DNA from: Deltaproteobacteria bacterium
GTDB taxonomy: Bacteria; Desulfobacterota; WTBG01; JAGOGO01
Reading direction: 5' to 3'
NCBI GenBank assembly: GCA_017996625.1
Contig: JAGOGO010000002.1
Coordinates: 1,017 to 65,016 of the forward strand
Length of the DNA: 64,000 bases
Notes under the pieces: model-generated
Seen by the model: the letters and a program-made list of their open reading frames with translations, nothing else
Told to the model about the DNA's origin: nothing
The model's database searches: none
Translations under genes and position numbers: made by a program
In this document: one piece after another, positions 57,198 through 64,000 of the stretch
Position numbering within the stretch: position 1 is the stretch's first letter
How the letters are laid out: every line of letters begins with the position of its first letter

Positions 57198-59972
57198 TTA
57201 TTTAACCGGTACCCTCCCGCTCAAACCCAAATCTCCGAGTATGAGCTTGAGGTCTGACTCGAAGCTCTGTGCCTGGTTCTTCTCAACCGTTACGGAAAAA
57301 CAGATACTGATCTTCAAGTCCGATCCGCTGCGCAGCTTCGGGAGAATCTTTGTCCCCAGTCGATTCCAGACTTCAGGCGGAATCTCACCGGAAATCTGGA
57401 ATGTGCGGGTTCCTGCACCAGGTATAACCTCCGGCTCGGTTCCTTCTCCTGACTGAGTGCCGATCACATCTATAACTTCTGGTCGAGGTTCCGGACGCTG
57501 GGTGGGCTCAGGTTCATGAGCCGGCCCTGAGCTTGACTTTAACGCCTTGGCCTTCGATTTCAGAAGAAGAAATACTCCCTGATCGAAAATGATTTCTTCT
57601 GACGGGACTGCCTCCTGAAACCAGACCCGATCATAGGAGCCGTCTGTCTTCTGACCTGAGGCGAATCCAAAGTCCCCCTTATCCACCCAAGCAGCTATTC
57701 TGCTGCGCAGGACAGTGTCTGGATCAAGGAGGCGCGTCAGTGATCCATTAAGGAAGCTTTGCCGGAGACTGGTCAGAGGCCAGGCACCGGAGTCTCTCAA
57801 GGCAGGGGGCCAATTGCGTTCAACATAGCTGGCTCCTACTGATTCATTCAGCAAAGCCTGCGACTTGAGCGCAGTGATAACCCGGCCGCACAGAGTCTCT
57901 CCACTGCTGGAGTGCCCAGCTCCGAGGTCAATAGTCTTTAATCCGTTCGGCTCCTTGCTGTCAGCAATGACTACAAAGCGATAGCCTCCCCATACTTCGT
58001 CGTGGGCTGCTTCTTCGCCTTCAGTCGCCTTTGTCCGCACCTCCAATCTATCTTCAGGACTGAATTCTCCTCCCAGTGTCTTCTCTCTGATTTCCTTATC
58101 TACTCGTTTCCAGGCCAACCATAGTTCAATCTTGTCACGCAAATCGCGGCCGGGCTTTTTCACACACCACACAAGCGAGCCCGGATAGAGCCTGGGTGAC
58201 TTTCCCCTTTGCTTGGTCCATTCGGCAATTTGATCAACAAGGCTCCCCTTACCCGTCCATTCGCATGCAGGGTCAAGCACCACAAGCGTCAGCTTGGGTG
58301 TATCTTGAATCTCGGTGCCGTCGGATGGAAACTGGACAAGGGGAATGGTTGCTCCACGCTCAAACTCTTTTTGAACAACAGCGCGCATGGCCGGTTTGAC
58401 ATCGTTCTCATCATCCAGGGACGCGCGTCGGTCGTTCACAACCTTTTTCATCGTCGGCTGGTAGCCGATTCTGAATCCGTCGGAACCGATGCGTCGAATG
58501 AAATATGATTTGTCTTCGAGAGCGAAAGCGGCATTGTCCACCGACGTGGTATCGATCTCCGGCTCACCAAGGGCAAAGCGCAATTCGGGCAGGTGCGCCA
58601 CTTTATCCACCTGGCCACCGGAAGACTCAAAGAGAATCGCAGTGGCTACCCGTCGATGAATATCGCGCAATGCCGCTTTTGAGTCAGCATCGAGGGCGCG
58701 GGCATGAGAATGATCGCCGGCAATATCAGCATCAATAGCGGCCTCAAGGCGTGATTCCCCAAGTTGGCCGAGAACAACACTGCGGAATTCCGCCACCTCC
58801 AAAGGAGCCGATCCAAGAGTGATAAGCGCCTCGTTGCGCGCGTCATAGAAATTAGTGCGGCTAGCCCAGGAAATCCACTGGGCAAGCATGGCAAGGGTTC
58901 CACGCGTCTGCTGGTACTGCGGCAATGCCTGCCATTTTCTCTGGAAAACCGACAGGGTCGCGGGGTGAAATGGATAACACGTCTCAAATCGCTGCTGCAA
59001 ATATTCTTTGGCTTTTGCTTCCGTGGCTGCGGTGTCAACGGCCATCCATTCAGGCGGAAGCTGGGCACGGCGTTGGAAGCACCATTCGGCGTAAGTCTTC
59101 GCCACAGTCTTGCGAACTCGGTCTTTCCCTATGTCCTCAAACAACCGCCGGCGAATCACTTCGCTTATTTCAGTTTCGTCGTTTGCGATGAGATCCTTGG
59201 CCACACGTCGAACCACCTTTGTAATCTTATTCTGCCATGCCATGTCCCAGTCGGTCATTTCCACCTGGCTTCGCGGCAAACTTATGACTGCTGCTCCGTG
59301 AGTAGTACCCGTAGTTGCAACCGTCAAGTTCTGAATAAAGGAATGGAACTGATCAGCCATATCTCTATGCCGATTCAAGAAGTTCAGTACTTCATCGAAG
59401 AGAATGAGCACCGGGGCTTCAGCAGCCTTAAAAATCCGATCAAGCGCTTCGGTACCTGGGGGCGTATTCCTTGCCGATGTTCCGAGCTCCCTGACTCCCT
59501 TATCACCCGCAAGCTGCCGAGCAATATCAATCCACGGTGTCTCGCGACCTTCTTGCGGATCCCAAGCATTGCCGACAAATGCAGCGACTTTCGCATGCGG
59601 CACTGCGCTTATTGTTGCCTCATATACAAGATCAGCGACACCAGTATACTCGGCTGCCTTTTCACCGCTACTCATCAAATGGTAAAGAGCTGCAAGTGTG
59701 TGCGTCTTGCCGCCACCGAACTGAGTAATAAGGGTCATGACGGGTGCCGTATTCGCTGTCTCGCCCGAAAGCCGACGCATCACCATGCCGGTGTGCTCTC
59801 TGAGTGCCCGAGTGAAGCAGGTACGAGCAAAGAATTGCTTCGGATCGCGATAATCTTCCGGAGCAGTTTTGGCAATCACCTGTTCCAGATGAATGGCAAA
59901 CTCGTCCGGGTTGAACGAACGCCCTTGTCTGACTTCTTTACGAGGGGTAGTGCTTTTGTACCACGGGTCCAT
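57198..59972 (-). CDS. DUF499-family P-loop ATPase (COG1483-like), 924 aa
   Basis: Walker A TQFGGGKTHTLAALYHL, Walker B PVLILFDEVLN. The large size and the pairing with a DUF1156 methyltransferase match the DUF499 context. The DUF499 assignment itself is from memory of the family. Confidence 0.55.
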   Translation of the reverse strand: MDPWYKSTTPRKEVRQGRSFNPDEFAIHLEQVIAKTAPEDYRDPKQFFARTCFTRALREHTGMVMRRLSGETANTAPVMTLITQFGGGKTHTLAALYHLMSSGEKAAEYTGVADLVYEATISAVPHAKVAAFVGNAWDPQEGRETPWIDIARQLAGDKGVRELGTSARNTPPGTEALDRIFKAAEAPVLILFDEVLNFLNRHRDMADQFHSFIQNLTVATTGTTHGAAVISLPRSQVEMTDWDMAWQNKITKVVRRVAKDLIANDETEISEVIRRRLFEDIGKDRVRKTVAKTYAEWCFQRRAQLPPEWMAVDTAATEAKAKEYLQQRFETCYPFHPATLSVFQRKWQALPQYQQTRGTLAMLAQWISWASRTNFYDARNEALITLGSAPLEVAEFRSVVLGQLGESRLEAAIDADIAGDHSHARALDADSKAALRDIHRRVATAILFESSGGQVDKVAHLPELRFALGEPEIDTTSVDNAAFALEDKSYFIRRIGSDGFRIGYQPTMKKVVNDRRASLDDENDVKPAMRAVVQKEFERGATIPLVQFPSDGTEIQDTPKLTLVVLDPACEWTGKGSLVDQIAEWTKQRGKSPRLYPGSLVWCVKKPGRDLRDKIELWLAWKRVDKEIREKTLGGEFSPEDRLEVRTKATEGEEAAHDEVWGGYRFVVIADSKEPNGLKTIDLGAGHSSSGETLCGRVITALKSQALLNESVGASYVERNWPPALRDSGAWPLTSLRQSFLNGSLTRLLDPDTVLRSRIAAWVDKGDFGFASGQKTDGSYDRVWFQEAVPSEEIIFDQGVFLLLKSKAKALKSSSGPAHEPEPTQRPEPRPEVIDVIGTQSGEGTEPEVIPGAGTRTFQISGEIPPEVWNRLGTKILPKLRSGSDLKISICFSVTVEKNQAQSFESDLKLILGDLGLSGRVPVK

Positions 59973-60082
59973 ACGCTTATCTCCTTAAAGCGGACGATAC
60001 CAGGAGCGCTTTCTCATCGCCAAAACATTCGGTCCCAAATCACAAAAATCACAAAAAGGGTGTTCTCTTGTGATTTTTGTGA

Positions 60083-61252
60083 CTATTTTAATTCTCGCCG
60101 CTTGATATACTCTGCGAATAAAGGATCGGCGATGCGATACTGACCGCGTCCGATTCGCTCAACTAATCCTTTTTCCGTAAGCCGCTTAAGCACTTCCGCA
60201 GCGTTCTTTACCTTTGCGCTGCGCTTCTCAAGGGTTCGCGGGCTCAGAACGGCATCATTTGTAGCCAGCACTTTGAGCGCTGTCATTTCTTGAACACTGG
60301 CACGCCCCACCATCCCTTCAAATTGCGCATCAGCCAACGCCAGAAGTGTATGGTAAAGTGCGGTTTCCCAATTTTCCATGGAAACCCTGCCTTTGACTTG
60401 CTGATCAAAAAGGGCTTCGCAGAGTGCCTGTACTTCGAAAACATGCCCACGAGTGATATCGAAAATATTTTCTTTCACACCTTTCTCAAAAACGACTCCC
60501 GATTCTCGCAGGGAATCATCGATAAGCCTGAAGGTCTCGGTCTTCGCAAAAGAGCCCAAAGGCCTGCGAGGCATAAACAATCGCCCGAGAGGATGATCCC
60601 GTACCAGATACGGTTTCCATGCTTGCTCGATTGAACTAATGACCATGAGGATTTTTGTTTGTCCAAGAATACGCTCATCAGTAAGCACATTCCTCAAGAG
60701 GGTAAGCTGCTGTCCCTCTGTCGAGAGATTGTGGACATCGTCAATCAATATGACCAATGAGCGCGCTCCATGCCTTTCGGCGTGTTCATGCAGCCGCATC
60801 AAGCCATCGCGCAGTACTAACTGCGGGTCTTGATTCGCAGAGGCATTTCGCCACTGCAACTGAAATCCAAAGCCGAGCACACTCGCACCTGCACCTTCAA
60901 CACGCTTTGCAAAAGGCTCCTTCTTCTCTGGCAGAATAGGCAAATCAGACGCCGTCATATCGAGCACATGGCGAGCGAAATCCGTGAGGCCTTCCTGAGC
61001 GGCAAATGCCCGGGTACTGAAAAGGAGAGCCCACGCTCCCTCGGTTCGAGCGACCAACTTCATCTGCCGGAGAAGAACCGTCTTTCCGATGCCCCATGTC
61101 CCCGTGATAACGTAGTGTTGAAATCTGCCATGGAAAGCGTTGCTCAACCGTTGTTTGAAGAACGCTACTTCCTCATCCCGGCCAATGAAAACTTTTGGGT
61201 CCATGCCGGATCTTGCTGTAAACGGATTGACAAGCATCTTCTCTCCTCTCAT
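60083..61252 (-). CDS. AAA ATPase of the archaeal-ATPase (PF01637-like) type with C-terminal wHTH
   Basis: Walker A VITGTWGIGKTVLLRQ, Walker B LVILIDDVHNL. The C-terminus LTEKGLVERIGRGQYRIADPLF is a wHTH. Confidence 0.55.
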   Translation of the reverse strand: MRGEKMLVNPFTARSGMDPKVFIGRDEEVAFFKQRLSNAFHGRFQHYVITGTWGIGKTVLLRQMKLVARTEGAWALLFSTRAFAAQEGLTDFARHVLDMTASDLPILPEKKEPFAKRVEGAGASVLGFGFQLQWRNASANQDPQLVLRDGLMRLHEHAERHGARSLVILIDDVHNLSTEGQQLTLLRNVLTDERILGQTKILMVISSIEQAWKPYLVRDHPLGRLFMPRRPLGSFAKTETFRLIDDSLRESGVVFEKGVKENIFDITRGHVFEVQALCEALFDQQVKGRVSMENWETALYHTLLALADAQFEGMVGRASVQEMTALKVLATNDAVLSPRTLEKRSAKVKNAAEVLKRLTEKGLVERIGRGQYRIADPLFAEYIKRRELK

Positions 61253-61258
61253 GCTACC

Positions 61259-63999
61259 TCACCTAGGCACAGCCAGCAGCATTGCATCGAGCAATCGTTT
61301 CTCCTCACTCCCCTTCGGATAGAGCGCCGAGAGGGCATTAGCCAAACGGAGAAAATCCGGGCTGCGCTCCTGCTCGGCCTTAACCAGCGCCCGTAAGGCA
61401 TTGGTCTGTCCGCCAGACTGCAGCAGCATCGCAGCATGCACGCGATCAAGCGTGGTAATATTTCGCTGGTTCTGAAAATCGGCAGCAGCCGGGTCCAAGA
61501 CAACTCCTTTCCGCTGCCCTCGAACGCGAAGCTTCGGTGCCTGCTCTTTCTCCAATTCAGGAAAGAGAACACGCTGCAGGTTTTTCATAGGCTGCTTCTC
61601 GATGATATCAGCAGAGGCTCTAGCGCCTTCTTCGCCAAAAAGTTGCTTGCTGCGGTCGGCAATGCCCAAGAGCCTGATCACGCCCTTCTCAGTCTTGATT
61701 ATGCGGTTCTCCCACTTGGGAAGATCAATCCCGAGCGGCTGCGCAAAGCGGCGGACTACATCGAAGACGAGACTATATCCTTTAGCCTTCCCTTTCGGAG
61801 TAGGTTCTTCATCATCCTCGTCAAGCTCTTCTTCCTCTTCAACATCTTGGCTTTTACCTTTGCTCTTTTCATTTTTGTCTTCAGCATTGGTGGCCTGCAA
61901 CGTCCATAGGAATAAGGCTGTTAAACGCGCATCCTCTTCCAATACACCTGCCATACCATTTCGGGCACGAGCTTCCTCAGTGCCGAGAATCTGTTCCAGT
62001 GCCGTGCGGCCCACTACCTCCCAGACCTTCTCCAGGTACTCAGCAAGCTTGACCTCGCGACCTTCGGCAGTCTCCACCTTTGAGTACCGGCTGAAGATTT
62101 CGAGAGCCGGTCCGATACAGGCGAACACCAGATCCGCCCCTCGAATCCCTTCGCCCTGCAAGCACTCCATCCAGTCCCCTACCCGATTTGGAAGTTCACG
62201 AAGCACCTCCGACCAATCGCCCACGGATGCGTCCTCTGGACGTGGACGACAGACGAGGTGGACACTGGTGGCGAGGGCAGCTGTGTCGCGTGCCAGTAGT
62301 CGAGCTCCCCTCTCTGTTGCAATGGGCCAGGAACCTGTGATTGCCCAACCGCCGCGGACGATGCCTGAAAGAAGTGCTTCCCATCCTTCGGTTGTCTTGT
62401 GCGCAAACACTACAGAGGCAATCCCATCCTCCTTCAGTACTCGCCGTCCTTCTGAGAAAGCCTGAGCCATGGCGTCTTCGTAGTACTGTCTGTCTTTGAC
62501 ACGCCCCGTGGGGTCACGATCCTTTTGAGATTGGATGACCTCGGCAGCTTTGGGAGTGAGGGGGTTGGATGCCTCATAAGGGTCTCGCAGTAGCGGGTCT
62601 CTCGCCATCATCCGTTTCAGCCACACGAAGAAGAAATCGGAGAGGTCAGAATAAGGGATTGCGTCATAGTACGGCGGATCAGTGAACCAAACTGTAGCCG
62701 AGTCATTTGGCAACGGATGATTTGTGGCGTCTGCCAGCTGCGTTTGTCCCATCTTGGGTATCCCACTTGCGATCTGCGAAACAGCTCCCACCAGTTCGTC
62801 AATTGCGTTTCCCACCCCCCCGCGAACTCAGATAGCGGATAGAACTCCGGAAAATCCCATGACATAGGCAGCGCATGTCTGCCGAACGCCCCAGCGACTG
62901 TCTGACTGCCTTTGTGCCAAAAGGCGAAAGCATTGCAATGTCGGATGGTTTTGCCAAGCACGAGAGACGGAAGTCCGCTTTTCCCCACTATTACTCCAAG
63001 CAGTGTGTGTACCAACGCCTGTCGAAGTGAAAATAGGTCTCCAAATACCCGTGCCCCATAGCGTGTGACCGCGGAAAGACCACGAGCATTTGCAGAAGGG
63101 CGCTGTGGATCAATGGGTTCATCTGGCAATGGGCATGGGCCTTTCTTGCCCGCCTTTTCCCATTGGTGAACAAGAAGATTCATCCGCTGATGTGCCTTCC
63201 ACACCGCTTGATAGTCTTGTGTTGTGGGTTGACGGTACTTTCGCTCGCGGCTATTATTGCACATCGTAACAACCGCTAGCAGTCTCGCCCCACCAATACG
63301 GTTGCCATTTGTATCAAAAATCACGTCTGGCCGGCCACCTTGCTCGGTGATTTGCTCACGAACGCGTTCTGATGAAAGGACAGCACCACAGGCAGGGCAC
63401 GTCGCCCTGCCATCCTTTATCGTTCTTTGCGCGATCTCTTGATGTTGGCCGCGTGCTGACGCCGCTATCTCGAACTCTATCTCGGGTCTTTTGCCATGCT
63501 TACGAATGACCGTGTGTCGAAGGCCACACTGCCAGCCACTGCTTTGGCAGAAGAGAAATGACCGCGCAAGCGGGATTTCCGCTCCGCAGTTGGGGGACTC
63601 GCATTTGACCGTTCTCGCCCAAAGGTAGGCTATCGGCGCGGCCCCGTCAGGGTCCTTGGGATAAAACTCAGCGAGTTCCTTCTCAGCCTGTTTCTTGATC
63701 TCACCGCCGACCCGGCGCAGTTCCTCGGCAAGCTCTGGTCCATGGCGTGGAATATCTTCCAGCAGGACTTTGAGAATGAGGCAGGCTACTGGATTGAGAT
63801 CGCTGGCAAATGCTTCACAGCCCAGTCTCAGAGCTTCCAGTGGGATCGATCCACCACCTGCAAAAGGGTCAACAACGAGCGGCGGTTCCTCACCATGCGC
63901 AGCCTTTACTAGCGTTCGTCCTGCTTCGGCATACATTGGGTTGCATGACAAATCCCAGTTTGCGAAGTCGCCTATAAACTCAAGCAATGCTTTCCTCAA
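61259..63999 (-). pseudogene. DUF1156-type Zn-ribbon DNA methyltransferase (COG1743-like) split by a -1 frameshift at a G7 homopolymer. N-part 62617..63999 (motif I, runs off window), C-part 61259..62815 (DPPY)
   Basis: N-part has VVDPFAGGGSIPLEA (FxGxG SAM motif) and CxxC pairs (CESPNCG, CPACG). C-part has WFTDPPYYD (motif IV). The two ORFs overlap by 199 bp in different frames. The frame change maps exactly to GGGGGGG at 62815-62821 (minus strand). One additional G would give the continuous product ...YPLSEFAGGVGNAIDELV.... Confidence 0.6.
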
Positions 64000-64000
64000 G

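Noticed and set aside
58764-60143. 459 aa plus-strand ORF
   Set aside because: It lies entirely antisense to the DUF499 and ATPase genes, has no motifs and is Cys/Arg/Ser-rich. It is a shadow ORF of GC-rich coding DNA.

Overview
This 64 kb window is a bacterial chromosomal segment of roughly 55% GC. The HisKA_3 multi-PAS kinase, the lexA-imuB-dnaE2 cassette, the PEP-CTERM protein and the dense MITE content point to a delta-proteobacterium-like or Nitrospira-like organism, but that is inference.

Positions 1-38.6 kb look like core genome. From the left edge they run: a czcC/czcB-type heavy-metal efflux pair on the minus strand; a giant orphan multi-PAS sensor histidine kinase; a PEP-CTERM protein; a CheY-like regulator; a HicB-HicA toxin-antitoxin pair beside tRNA-Ser(CGA); tadA; a DUF1848 protein; dapL-folK; transaldolase; priA; a GAF histidine kinase; dksA; yifB/comM; an oxidoreductase/methyltransferase/membrane trio; and a rhodanese gene with an in-frame TGA followed by a hairpin (possible selenoprotein). 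They continue with DUF4112, Pmp3, a mepK-like/ldtD-like peptidoglycan 3-3 crosslink pair, and a lexA-imuB-dnaE2 mutagenesis cassette. Intergenic regions here are unusually rich in several families of small palindromic MITE/REP-like repeats. One family shows compensatory stem substitutions, which argues that the hairpin structure itself is under selection.

A tRNA-Leu(CAA) sits at 38599-38684, immediately preceded by a decayed vapBC. From there to the window end (at least 25 kb) everything is on the minus strand and looks like a mosaic defence island, with lower-GC patches. It carries Fic and an AbiEi/AbiEii-like pair. A McrBC cassette is flanked by direct copies of a composite repeat made of IS21-like end fragments plus a ~200 bp element. 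A DUF1837-like nuclease (D..EAK) overlaps a 1191 aa DExH helicase, a Hachiman-like pair. A complete retron has a canonical retron RT and an NDT-like effector directly upstream of it. Upstream of the effector, the effector-proximal intergenic region holds a perfect 22 bp hairpin and imperfect a1/a2 repeats, which I take as the msr-msd ncRNA. A three-gene module follows: a DUF1156 Zn-ribbon DNA methyltransferase, a PF01637-type ATPase and a DUF499 P-loop protein. The methyltransferase reading frame is broken by a -1 shift exactly at a G7/C7 homopolymer, which could be a phase-variation switch or a sequencing error.

The island runs off the window without an integrase in view. The retron sitting between the DUF1156/DUF499 module and the Hachiman-like pair, the repeat-bracketed McrBC cassette, and the homopolymer-interrupted methyltransferase are the most notable items.
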